A stretch of 64,000 nt of DNA. Origin: Steroidobacteraceae bacterium. Its GTDB lineage: Bacteria > Pseudomonadota > Gammaproteobacteria > Steroidobacterales > Steroidobacteraceae. The stretch is taken from contig DATKPR010000093.1 of NCBI GenBank assembly GCA_035523985.1, positions 50,044 to 114,043 of the forward strand. The letters are read 5' to 3'. The number at the start of each line of letters is the position of its first letter. Within the stretch, counting starts at the first letter, position 1. Both the position numbers and the translations under genes were made by a program. Shown one piece after another: positions 1-8,477 of this stretch. A model generated the notes under the pieces. That model did not search any database. It had not been told where the DNA came from and saw only the letters and a list, made by a program, of their open reading frames with translations.

Positions 1-114
1 GATGCCCTCATGGAAGCCGAAGTGCACCGCCAGGCGATGACACGCCGCGAGATCGATGCGCGCGCGGCGCTGCGCCTCGGTGTGCACGGCGGCGACTTGC
101 GGGGAGGCGCTCAT
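1..114 (-). CDS. class II aldolase/adducin-family protein, N-terminal 38 codons only (gene runs off the left edge)
   Basis: Reverse-strand ATG at 114-112 gives MSASPQVAAVHTEAQRRARIDLAACHRLAVHFGFHEGI. This resembles the conserved R-x-DLAA-x-YRL...G-x-x-D/E N-terminal motif of class II aldolase/adducin proteins. The start overlaps the upstream stop (ATGA, 114-111). It is absent from the ORF track because it is truncated. Confidence 0.45.
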   Translation of the reverse strand, partial: MSASPQVAAVHTEAQRRARIDLAACHRLAVHFGFHEGI

Positions 115-824
115 TTGGGCTCGAACCGGACGGCGAGATCGACGCAGCCGGAGACGCCCGCGGCGCCGGCCGGCCGGTAGTACGGCGCTCCCGCGCGCGC
201 CACACCGAGTGCCGCCGCATCGAGCCCGGCGTCGCCCGAGGAGTGCGTGACGAGCGGATCGCGGGTGAGCTTGCCGCTCTCATCCGCGCACACCCGCACT
301 TCGGCCTGCGGGGCGCGCGCGGCGCCCGCCGACAGTGTCGCGGTGGCGAGCGCCGGTGCTGCTGCGCCTGCGGCCGGCACGGCGCCTGCGGCCGGCACAG
401 CGCCTGCGACCGGCGCTGCGCCCGCGGGCGGTGCCTGCGCAAAGTGCGCGCGGCCCCATTTCCAGGCGATTTCCTCCCAGGCATCGACCGCGGTCCCCTC
501 GCCAGCGCGCACCGCGGGCAGGAAGCGCAGCCGCGCTACGCAGCTCAGGGCCGCCTGATCGAGCGCGCCGGAGCCGGAGGAAGTCCTGATGGAGGGTTGT
601 GAGGGAACGCCGCTCGAGCCGACGATCAGCACGATGAGCGCCGCCTCCGGGTCCTGCGTCTCGGCGCGCACGAGCTCCGGGCAGCGGTCCTTCGTGTCGT
701 ATCCGATCGCCACCGTGGCGTCGGTCAGCTCCACGCCCTGGGGCGGCGCGGCGAGGATCGGCGCGCCCGCTGCCGCGGCGAGCAGTGCAGCGCACAGCAG
801 GGGTACGGGACGGCGCAAGCACAT
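111..824 (-). CDS. secreted protein with two TonB C-terminal-like domains joined by an Ala/Pro/Gly repeat linker
   Basis: ORF 111..896. The internal ATG at 824 gives the signal-peptide-like MCLRRPVPLLCAALLAAAAGAPILAAP. There are two TonB_C-like blocks (SSGSGALDQAALSCVARLRFLPA and SSGDAGLDAAALGVARAGAPYYRPA). The start could instead be 896. Confidence 0.6.
   Translation of the reverse strand: MCLRRPVPLLCAALLAAAAGAPILAAPPQGVELTDATVAIGYDTKDRCPELVRAETQDPEAALIVLIVGSSGVPSQPSIRTSSGSGALDQAALSCVARLRFLPAVRAGEGTAVDAWEEIAWKWGRAHFAQAPPAGAAPVAGAVPAAGAVPAAGAAAPALATATLSAGAARAPQAEVRVCADESGKLTRDPLVTHSSGDAGLDAAALGVARAGAPYYRPAGAAGVSGCVDLAVRFEPK
364..435. repeat. 4 x 18-bp in-frame tandem repeat (gcgcctgcggccggcacg and variants) inside the TonB-C-like gene
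   Basis: Read directly: units at 364-381, 382-399, 400-417 and 418-435. They encode the AGAVPA-type linker on the minus strand. Confidence 0.8.
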
Positions 825-912
825 GAGACACCTGTCGGGTGCGGGGCGAGTGCCGCCAAGCTTCGCGGATTGCGCGGCGTTTCTCAACGCGCGCACGGCT
901 CGAGCGCCCGGG

Positions 913-1911
913 TCAGCCGCCCGCGGCCCGTCCCGGCGGCCGGCAATCGGGGGTATCGCAGTCGCCCTCGTCCTCGATCTGCACGGTCGTGTGCTCGACC
1001 CGCAGCTGCGCCTCGAGGCGCGCGCAGATGGCGGCGATCACCTCGCCGTGGCGGCTGCCGGCGGCCAGGTTGGCGTGCAGCGTCACGGTCGGGTGCTCGC
1101 CGGTGATCGACCAGACGTGCACGTGGTGCACGCCGATCAGGCCCGGCACGTGCCCGAGGAGCGCGGATTCGACGTCCTTGACGTCGCAGCCCGCCGGGGC
1201 GCCCTCGAGCAGCACGTGTGCCGACTCGCGCGTCAGCGCCCAGGCCGAGCGGAAGATGAGCGCCGAGACCGCGAGCGACAGCAACGGGTCGGCCGCCGTC
1301 CAGCCAGCCACGAGGATGACGAGCGCCGCGACGCTCGCCGCCGCCGAGCCGAGCAGGTCGCTCAGCACGTGGGCACGCGCGCCGCGCTCATTGAGTGAGC
1401 GGGCGCCGGAGAGCGCCATGAAGGCGGCGATGTTGGCGACGCCGCCGATGAGGGCGATGCCGAGCATCAGGCGGCCGTTCACCGCGGGCCGCTCCATCAG
1501 CCGCAGCACCGCCTCGTACACCACCCATGCCGTGAGCGCCAGCAGCAGCTGGCCGTTGACGAAGGCCGCGAGCGGCTGGTAGCGGCGGTGTCCGTAGGTG
1601 CGCCGCACGCTGACCGGACGCCGGCCGACGCGGATGGCGAGTATCGCGAGCAGCAGCGACGCCGAATCGGCCAGCATGTGCGCCGCCTCGGCCATGAGGG
1701 CGATGGAGTTGGCGAACCAGCCGCCGAGCGCCTCGATCAGCGTGAAGGCGCCGAGGATCAGCAGGGCGACGGCGAGACGGCGCTCCCCCGCCCGCTCGCC
1801 GTGCGCATGACCGCCGTGCGCGTGACCGCGCCCGTCGGCATGCTCGTGTTCGTGCCCATGGGCATGCTCGTGGTCATGCGCGCGGGGGTGATGGTGATGG
1901 GGCTCCGCCAT
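913..1911 (-). CDS. cation diffusion facilitator (CDF) metal efflux transporter with His-rich N-terminus (CzcD/ZitB-like)
   Basis: The protein starts MAEPHHHHPRAHDHEHAHGHEHEH. TM region: FTLIEALGGWFANSIALMAEAAHMLADSASL, with the HxxxD metal site. C-terminal cytoplasmic domain: HHVHVWSITGEHPTVTLH. The ATG at 1911 is preferred over the ORF-track start at 1992. Confidence 0.9.
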   Translation of the reverse strand: MAEPHHHHPRAHDHEHAHGHEHEHADGRGHAHGGHAHGERAGERRLAVALLILGAFTLIEALGGWFANSIALMAEAAHMLADSASLLLAILAIRVGRRPVSVRRTYGHRRYQPLAAFVNGQLLLALTAWVVYEAVLRLMERPAVNGRLMLGIALIGGVANIAAFMALSGARSLNERGARAHVLSDLLGSAAASVAALVILVAGWTAADPLLSLAVSALIFRSAWALTRESAHVLLEGAPAGCDVKDVESALLGHVPGLIGVHHVHVWSITGEHPTVTLHANLAAGSRHGEVIAAICARLEAQLRVEHTTVQIEDEGDCDTPDCRPPGRAAGG

Positions 1912-2026
1912 GCGTGCCGCCCACGATATTACGGGAGCGGCATCAAGGGAAACCCACCGCCGGCGTGCGTCTGCGCAGACCCTCCCCGCCACCCCGGGCG
2001 AGGCGGACGGGGAGGGACGTCCGGCT

Positions 2027-2644
2027 TCAGTTCGGCTCGACGCGCGTCGCGGTCACCGTCCCCGAGATGGTCGCGACCGGCTGGGTGCTCTCATCGAAGG
2101 GATCCGAGGTGCTGTCGAGAAACGCCTCCAGCGTGAAGTAGCCGCTGTAGGAGTTGCCGGAAGGATCCAGCTTCACGGTCTGGTGGAAGTGAGTGACGCC
2201 GACGTAGGCGCCGCCCGACCAGGGGAGCGCCAGGTGATTCAACTGGTAGGTCGAGCGCCCGATCTGCTCCCACGCTCCCATGCAGACATCTCCGGTGGAA
2301 GGCTCGCGTCCTCCGGAGATGGTGTTCTCCGTGCCGTCGCCGTGCCAGATGATCGTGCCGAAGTCGAAGGGCTGGCCCTCGACCTTCATCACGAACTTCC
2401 ACAGACCGACGATCGAGGGACCGCCGAAGTTGCCGCCCTGCGGGCCTTCGTAGGAGGTACGCAGGAAGTCGCCCGCGGTGGCGTAGGCACTCGGCGGTGC
2501 GCTACGGCCGGGAGCGGCGTCGTGGCCGCCCGGGACGGGCAGGCCGTTACAGCCGAGCGCCTGGCCGGCCGCAGCGAGACCCATGAGTCCGGCAACCGCC
2601 GCGGCCACGTGCAGCGTCGATCGCGTGTTCGAGTAGCGTTTCAT
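2027..2644 (-). CDS. secreted protein of unknown family (paralogue of 38267..38833)
   Basis: N-terminal signal peptide (MKRYSNTRSTLHVAAAVAGLMGLAAAGQALG). Shares the blocks IVGLWKF, WHGDGTE, GDVCMGAWE, SGNSYSG and ATRVEP with the second copy. I recognise no known domain. Confidence 0.6.
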   Translation of the reverse strand: MKRYSNTRSTLHVAAAVAGLMGLAAAGQALGCNGLPVPGGHDAAPGRSAPPSAYATAGDFLRTSYEGPQGGNFGGPSIVGLWKFVMKVEGQPFDFGTIIWHGDGTENTISGGREPSTGDVCMGAWEQIGRSTYQLNHLALPWSGGAYVGVTHFHQTVKLDPSGNSYSGYFTLEAFLDSTSDPFDESTQPVATISGTVTATRVEPN

Positions 2645-2850
2645 ATGTTGGTTCCCCCAAAGGTGAGTTGATGTGCGGTGGCTTTGCCGCGCGGCGAACC
2701 TTAGGAGTCCCGTGGCCCGAAGTCAGTATGCAATCCGTGAGGATAATGTGAGGGCCGCGCCCGGGCGCCGATCCCTCGGCCGGCCCTGTATTAAGGTAAT
2801 GTTGCGCCAGGGCGGGTGGTAAACGGACCGCGGCGAGCGGGGAGTGCGCG

Positions 2851-4236
2851 ATGTCTGAAGAGAAGCATCCGGAACGCGCCGCGATGACGGCGGCACTCGC
2901 GCAACAGCTGCGTGGCAGGATCCTGCGGCCGGCGGACGCGGGGTATGCGGTGGCGCGGCGGGTATGGAACGGTGCCATCGACCGGCGGCCCGCGGCCATC
3001 GTGCTGTGCGAGGACGCCGAGGACGTTGCTATCGCGGTGCGGCTCGCGGCCGAGCACGGCACCGCCGTCACGGTGCGCGGCGGCGGGCACAACGTCGCCG
3101 GCCGCGCCGTGGCCGACGGGGCGCTGCTCATCGATCTCGCGCGCATGCGCGCGGTCACGGTGAACGCGGCGGAGCGCAGCGCCGTCGTGGAGGGGGGCGC
3201 GTTGTGGCACCACCTCGACGTCGCGGGCGCGCAGCACGGACTCGCGACCACCGGCGGCATGGTTTCCAGCACCGGCGTCGGCGGACTCACGCTCGGCGGC
3301 GGGGTCGGCTGGCTGATGCGCCGCCACGGACTGGCGATCGACAACCTGACCGCCGCCGGCGTCGTGCTGGCCGACGGGCGCTTCGTGCGCGCCTCGCCCG
3401 ATGAGCACGCCGAGCTCTTCTACGCGCTGCGCGGCGGGGCGGGCGGCCTCGGCGTCGTCACGAGTTTCGAGTTCCGGCTGCATCCCTTGCGGCAGGTCCT
3501 GGCCGGCGTGGTGATCCGCCCGGCCTCGGAAGCGCGCGCGGTGCTGCGGGTGTTCAGGGATTTCGCGCTCGAAGCGCCGGATGAGTTCTGCGGCATGGCG
3601 GTGCTCGCCAGCGGCCCGCCGCTGCCATTCCTCGATGCCGCCTGGCACGGACGGCCGGTGGTGATTCTGGCGCTGTGCTGGTGCGGGGAAACGCAGGCCG
3701 GGGAGCGCGCGCTCGAGCCGCTGCGCCGCTTCGGCACGGTGCTCGCCGATCACGTCGGCCCGATCCCCTACGTGCAGTGGCAGCATCTGCAGGACGGCGC
3801 GACCCCGCCGGGACGCTCGCAATACTGGAAGAGCGCGAGCTTCGCGCAGCTCAGCGATGCCACCATCGAGACGCTCGCCGAGGCTGCCGGCGAGCTGCCG
3901 ACCCGGACGACGGAGCTGCACGTGCAGCATCTCGGCGGTGCCGTGGCGCGGGTGCCCCAGTCCGAGAGCGCGTTCGCCGACCGCAGCGCGCCGTACTTCG
4001 TCAATCTCATCGGGGTGACGCCCTGGCCCGAGGAGTTCCCCGGCGTGCGCGACTGGGTACGGCAGCTGCACGCGCAGCTCGCTCCCGAGGCGCTGCCGAG
4101 CCTGCAGCCGAACTTCGCCGGCCAGGACGACGGCGATCCCACCCTGCGCTTCGCCGCGCAGCAGAGCGCACGCGTCGCCGCGGCACGCAGGCGCTACGAC
4201 CCGGCGGAAATGTTCGCCGCCTCGCTGAAGCGCTGA
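2851..4236 (+). CDS. FAD-binding oxidoreductase, FAD_binding_4 plus berberine-bridge (BBE)-type C-terminus
   Basis: TVRGGGHNVAGRAV FAD-binding motif, GGLTLGGGVGWL, and a C-terminal RRRYDPAEMF BBE-like tail. Confidence 0.85.
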   Translation: MSEEKHPERAAMTAALAQQLRGRILRPADAGYAVARRVWNGAIDRRPAAIVLCEDAEDVAIAVRLAAEHGTAVTVRGGGHNVAGRAVADGALLIDLARMRAVTVNAAERSAVVEGGALWHHLDVAGAQHGLATTGGMVSSTGVGGLTLGGGVGWLMRRHGLAIDNLTAAGVVLADGRFVRASPDEHAELFYALRGGAGGLGVVTSFEFRLHPLRQVLAGVVIRPASEARAVLRVFRDFALEAPDEFCGMAVLASGPPLPFLDAAWHGRPVVILALCWCGETQAGERALEPLRRFGTVLADHVGPIPYVQWQHLQDGATPPGRSQYWKSASFAQLSDATIETLAEAAGELPTRTTELHVQHLGGAVARVPQSESAFADRSAPYFVNLIGVTPWPEEFPGVRDWVRQLHAQLAPEALPSLQPNFAGQDDGDPTLRFAAQQSARVAAARRRYDPAEMFAASLKR

Positions 4237-6665
4237 AGCCGCGTGCGCACCTCGTTGGCGGCGTCCTCATCGCGCATGCGCCAGCCGGCGGCCGAAGCGC
4301 TCTCGTAGGCGGCGGCGCCGAGCCGCGCGCGCACCAGCGCGTCGGCGCGCTCGTGCCAGGGAAGCCAGAAGTTGAAGAGCGGTACGCCGGTGCGCTCACG
4401 GATGCGGCGCGCAGCGGCGAGGAAGCGTGCCGCGTCGCTGCACTCGCCGGCGTGCGCGGCGAGATAGCCGCAGCCCTCGATGGAGCCGGCGACGCCGCGG
4501 ATGTTGGCGACCGTCGCGGCGCGCTGCAGCGAGTCGAGGAACTGCGCCGCCGCCAGCGTGTATTCGCCGAGCGCGTAGCGGGCGAGCCCGATGTACATAT
4601 CGATGAAGTGCCGCTGATGCAGGTCGCCGCCGAGCTCGCGCACGCTCTGCAGCGCCGCCAGCGCGGCGGCGTAGTCCCCGGCGCCGTACGCCATCCAGCC
4701 GCGCGCGAGCCCGGCGAGCCCCGCGAGTATCGGATCGGAGCGCAGCGCCGCGATGCGCTCGACCACGGCGACGGGCGCGGCCGCCGCGCGCGCGCGCCCC
4801 CAGTTGCACAGCCACAGTGCGTAGTAGCCGTTGGCATAGGCCTCGCCCCAGTCATCGCCGTTGAGCTGCGCGAGGCGCGCCGCCTCGAGCAGCGTGCCCG
4901 CGGTCGCATCGCCGGAATCGCCGCGATGCACGGTCGCCACGCCGAGGCACAGCAGCGTGCGCCCGCGTTCGCGCGTCTCGAGCCCGTGGGTCGCCTCGAG
5001 CGCGGCCCGGCACCACAGGGGTCCGACGTCATAGGCGCCGCGCGCCTTCACGTAGAGTGCGAGTCCGCTGGTTATCCGCAGGGCCGCCGCCGGCTCCGCC
5101 CCGGCTCCGAGGGCATATTGCGAGGCGGCGCCGATGTTGCCGTGCTCGTGCACCAGCTGCTCGATGCGCTCGCGCATGCGCCCGCCCACCATGTCGGCGT
5201 GGGCGGCTTCGGCCATGCGTACCACCAGGGCGAGATGCGCGCGGCGCGCGCGCGGCTCCTCCTCGGCGGCGCGCAGCTGCCCGCCGGCGTACTCGCGCAC
5301 CGTCTCGAGCAGCTGATAACGCGGCGGCATGAGGCCGGGACGCATCGTCACGAGCGATTTCTCCACCAGCCCGGTGAGCAGCTCGATGGCCGCCTCGGGG
5401 GTATGGCCGAGCGCGGCGGCGAGGTCGATGGCCGCCTCCACGCTCCAGCCCTGCACGAACACGCTGAACCAGCGCAGCAGCTGCTGCTCCTCACGCGACA
5501 GCAGACCGAAGCTCCAGTCGAGCAGCAGCAGCAGGTTCTGATGGCGGCTGTCGCGGCCCGCGACGGTGCTGCGCAGGAACTGGAAACGCTGGTCGAGCCG
5601 CTGCAGTACCTGCTCGGGCGAGAGCAGCGCGAAGCGGGCGGCGGCGAGCTCGAGCGCGAGCGGCATGCCGTCGAGCCGGCGGCAGATCTCGGCGATCACC
5701 GGCGCATTGCCCGCGGTGAGCTGAAACGCGGGCTGCACGGCTTTGACGCGTGCCACCAGCATCTCGACCGCGGCCGCCGCCGCGATCTCCTCCAGCCGCG
5801 CCGCACCGCTCTCGGCGGCCGGCGGCAGCGCGAGCGGCGGCAGGCGCAGCAGATGCTCGCCGGTGAAGCTCAGCGGCGCCTGTGAGGTGGCGATCACTTT
5901 CAGCTGATCGGTGCCGCGCAGGATGTGGATGACCAGGGCGCCGACTTCGCCGGCGATGCGATCGCAGTTGTCGAGCACGAACAGTGCCCGGCGTCCCTGC
6001 AGATGGGGCAGCGCGGCCGCGAGGATCCCGTCCGGGTCTGCCGCGGGGATCGTGAGCGCGGTGGCGAGCGCGCGCAGCCAGTCCGCGCCGTTGCGCATCG
6101 GCGCCAGGTCGAAGAACCAGACGCCGTCGGGATAATCGGCGGCGCAGCGGCGCGCCAGCTCGAGCAGACACTGCGTCTTGCCGATGCCGCCGGGGCCGAG
6201 CACGGTCACGGCACGCTCACTCGCGACCAGCGCGGCGAGCATCTCGAGCTCGCGTTCGCGGCCGATCAGCGTCTCGATGCGCGCGGGCAGCCGTGCCGGC
6301 GCGGGCGGACCGAAACGCACCGGCTGGCTGCCGTCCGCCGGCTCATCGCGCTCGACCGGGCCGATGTAGCGGTAGCCGGCACCGTGCACCGTGAGGATGT
6401 AAGCGGGTTCCGCGATGTCGTCGCCGAAGGCGCGGCGCGCCAGTGCGATCACGCGGTTGAGAGTCGAGGGGGTGACATAACGGTGACCCCACACCGCATC
6501 GAGCAGCTCGTTGCGGGTCACGAGGCTGTTGGGATGGGCCAGCAGCTGCAGGATCACCGCAAAGGTGCGCGGCTCGACCGCCACCTCCACGCCGCGGCAG
6601 GTGAAGCGGCGGTTGGCGGCGTCGACGTGGAAGTCGCCGCAGCGGTAGCTGACCGGGTCCATCAC
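4194..6665 (-). CDS. large transcriptional regulator: OmpR/PhoB-type winged-helix DNA-binding domain plus STAND/NB-ARC-like P-loop NTPase plus TPR-like C-terminal repeats
   Basis: N-terminus FHVDAANRRFTCRGVEVAVEPRTFAVILQLLAHPNSLVTRNELLDAVWG (trans_reg_C). Walker A: LGPGGIGKTQ. Walker B-like: ALFVLDNCD. A long helical repeat region follows. Its 3' end overlaps the convergent FAD oxidase by 43 bp. Confidence 0.8.
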   Translation of the reverse strand: MMDPVSYRCGDFHVDAANRRFTCRGVEVAVEPRTFAVILQLLAHPNSLVTRNELLDAVWGHRYVTPSTLNRVIALARRAFGDDIAEPAYILTVHGAGYRYIGPVERDEPADGSQPVRFGPPAPARLPARIETLIGRERELEMLAALVASERAVTVLGPGGIGKTQCLLELARRCAADYPDGVWFFDLAPMRNGADWLRALATALTIPAADPDGILAAALPHLQGRRALFVLDNCDRIAGEVGALVIHILRGTDQLKVIATSQAPLSFTGEHLLRLPPLALPPAAESGAARLEEIAAAAAVEMLVARVKAVQPAFQLTAGNAPVIAEICRRLDGMPLALELAAARFALLSPEQVLQRLDQRFQFLRSTVAGRDSRHQNLLLLLDWSFGLLSREEQQLLRWFSVFVQGWSVEAAIDLAAALGHTPEAAIELLTGLVEKSLVTMRPGLMPPRYQLLETVREYAGGQLRAAEEEPRARRAHLALVVRMAEAAHADMVGGRMRERIEQLVHEHGNIGAASQYALGAGAEPAAALRITSGLALYVKARGAYDVGPLWCRAALEATHGLETRERGRTLLCLGVATVHRGDSGDATAGTLLEAARLAQLNGDDWGEAYANGYYALWLCNWGRARAAAAPVAVVERIAALRSDPILAGLAGLARGWMAYGAGDYAAALAALQSVRELGGDLHQRHFIDMYIGLARYALGEYTLAAAQFLDSLQRAATVANIRGVAGSIEGCGYLAAHAGECSDAARFLAAARRIRERTGVPLFNFWLPWHERADALVRARLGAAAYESASAAGWRMRDEDAANEVRTRLQRFSEAANISAGS

Positions 6666-6761
6666 GTCACTCTAGCGAAGCCCGCGTCCTCGGGCCATCG
6701 TGTGGGGACTCTCATTCGATGCCGCAGTCAGCGCGAGGTTTTGCGGCTATTCTTGATCCTC

Positions 6762-8477
6762 GTGAGCGCTCCACTCGATCTCGTCGCGATCGGACGCGTC
6801 AGCGTCGACCTGTATGGGCAGCAGATCGGCAGCCCGCTCGAGGACATCGCGACCTTCGCCAAGGCGATCGGCGGCTGTCCCGCGAACATCGCCGTCGGCA
6901 CGGCGCGCCTCGGGCTCAGGTCCGCGCTCCTGACGCGCGTGGGGGATGAGCCGCTCGGCCGCTTCGTGCGCGCGCAGCTCGCCCGGGAGGGCGTCGACAC
7001 CCGCGCCATCGGGATCGATGCGCAGCGGCTGACGCCACTGGTGCTGCTCGCGGTGTGCGACCGCGACAGCTTTCCCCTGATCTTCTATCGCGAGAACTGC
7101 GCCGACAGCGTGCTCGGTCCCGGGGACGTCCCCGAGGAGCTGATTGCCGCGGCGCGCGCGGTGCTCGTGACCGGCACGCATTTCGCGCTCGCGCCGGGTG
7201 CGCAGGCGCAGCGCAAGGCGATCGCCGTGGCACGCGCCCATCACCGCAAGGTCATCCTCGACATCGACTACCGCCCGAACCTCTGGGGCCTGGGCGGACA
7301 CGACGCGGGCGCGAGCCGCTACGCGCGCTCGGCGCGCGTGACCGGGACGCTCGCGGCGGTGCTGCCGGACTGCGATCTCATCGTCGGCACCGAGGAGGAG
7401 ATGCACATCGCCGCCGGCAGCGAGGACACGCTGGAGGCGGTGCGCCGTATCCGCGCGCGCTCGGGCGCCACGCTCGTCGTGAAGCGCGGCGCGGCCGGCT
7501 GCGTGGTGTTCGCCGCCGGGCCGCCGCCGCGGCACCTCGAGGACGGGCTCATCGTGCCCGGCATGCCCATCGAGGTGTACAACGTGCTCGGCGCCGGAGA
7601 CGCCTTTCTCGCCGGGTATCTGCGCGGCTACCTGCGCGATGCGTCCGCCGCGCAGTGCGCGCGCTACGCCAACGCCTGTGGTGCGCTCGCGGTGTCGCGC
7701 CTCTTGTGCTCGGTGGAATTCCCCTCGCTCACCGAGCTCGAGTACTACCTCGCGCACGGCAGCCGTGAGCGCGCGCTGCGCTTCGACCGGGAGCTCAATC
7801 ACCTGCACTGGGTAACGACCGCGAGGCACGGCCCCGGGGAGGTGCGGGCCGTGCTCGCCGACAGGGAGGAAGCGCCGCGGGCCATCGAGGCGCTCGCGCA
7901 CGCGGGCGGGGCGGGCGCGGCGGCGGGCCTGCTGCTCGCGGCGGACGCCGACGCGGGCGTGCGCCGCGCGGCGCTGCGCGACGGGCTGTGGGTGGGGCAG
8001 GAGCTCGAGCCGCCGGGCGCGCACGCCCGACTCATCGAGTGGCCGGCCGGGGTCACCGTGGTCTGCCGCCATGCGCCGGACGCCGCGGAGGGCCTCGCGC
8101 AGACCTATGCCGCCTGCCGCGCGCAGGGCAGGGAGCTCGCGGTCGTGGTGGGGTCGGCCGCACCGCCGGCGCAGGCGATGGAGCAGATCTACGCACGCGG
8201 GATCCGGCCCGACTGGTGGGCGCTGGACGCGGCGACTGACCCTGGGATCCTCGAGGCGTGCTCGCGGGCCATCGCGGCGGGCGATGCGTACTGCCGCGGC
8301 GTGCTGGTGCTGGTCGAGGATGCGCCGGAGGGCGCGGCGCAGCGCCTCGCCGCGGCGGCCGCGAGCCCGATCGTGCGCGGCTTCGTTGCCGCGGGTAGCA
8401 TCCTCGGGCCCGCGGGCGTGGTGGAAGGGTTTCGCGCGCTCACCGAGGCGTGGCAGGCGGCGAAGGAGCGGCATTGA
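6762..8477 (+). CDS. iolC: 5-dehydro-2-deoxygluconokinase fused to a DUF2090-type C-terminal domain (IolC fusion)
   Basis: LDLVAIGRVSVDLYGQQIGSPLEDIATFAKAIGGCPANIAVG and NVLGAGDAF PfkB kinase motifs. The C-terminal about 250 aa has a PDWWALD block. Start inferred at GTG 6762 (TTG 6741 or 6753 also possible). The ORF-track start 5925 lies inside the opposing regulator gene. Confidence 0.8.
   Translation: MSAPLDLVAIGRVSVDLYGQQIGSPLEDIATFAKAIGGCPANIAVGTARLGLRSALLTRVGDEPLGRFVRAQLAREGVDTRAIGIDAQRLTPLVLLAVCDRDSFPLIFYRENCADSVLGPGDVPEELIAAARAVLVTGTHFALAPGAQAQRKAIAVARAHHRKVILDIDYRPNLWGLGGHDAGASRYARSARVTGTLAAVLPDCDLIVGTEEEMHIAAGSEDTLEAVRRIRARSGATLVVKRGAAGCVVFAAGPPPRHLEDGLIVPGMPIEVYNVLGAGDAFLAGYLRGYLRDASAAQCARYANACGALAVSRLLCSVEFPSLTELEYYLAHGSRERALRFDRELNHLHWVTTARHGPGEVRAVLADREEAPRAIEALAHAGGAGAAAGLLLAADADAGVRRAALRDGLWVGQELEPPGAHARLIEWPAGVTVVCRHAPDAAEGLAQTYAACRAQGRELAVVVGSAAPPAQAMEQIYARGIRPDWWALDAATDPGILEACSRAIAAGDAYCRGVLVLVEDAPEGAAQRLAAAAASPIVRGFVAAGSILGPAGVVEGFRALTEAWQAAKERH

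Noticed and set aside
364-435. Tandem 18-bp repeats as a possible CRISPR or VNTR locus
   Set aside because: The units are directly adjacent with no spacers, in frame, and encode an Ala/Gly/Pro linker inside a CDS. This is not a CRISPR array.
3675-5885. 736-aa plus-strand ORF
   Set aside because: It lies antisense to the well-supported wHTH-STAND regulator. The translation is an Arg/Ala/Gly/Pro-rich low-complexity string with no motif. This is a typical shadow ORF of very GC-rich DNA.
4194-6665. STAND NTPase as an Avs-like antiphage sensor
   Set aside because: The N-terminal module is an OmpR-type DNA-binding winged helix rather than a nuclease, protease or other effector. No other defence genes are nearby, so a transcriptional regulator is the simpler reading.
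5925-6761. N-terminal 279-codon extension of the iolC ORF in the supplied track
   Set aside because: The extension runs antisense through the regulator gene and has no PfkB similarity. The conserved IolC N-terminus begins at about 6762, where a GTG is in frame.
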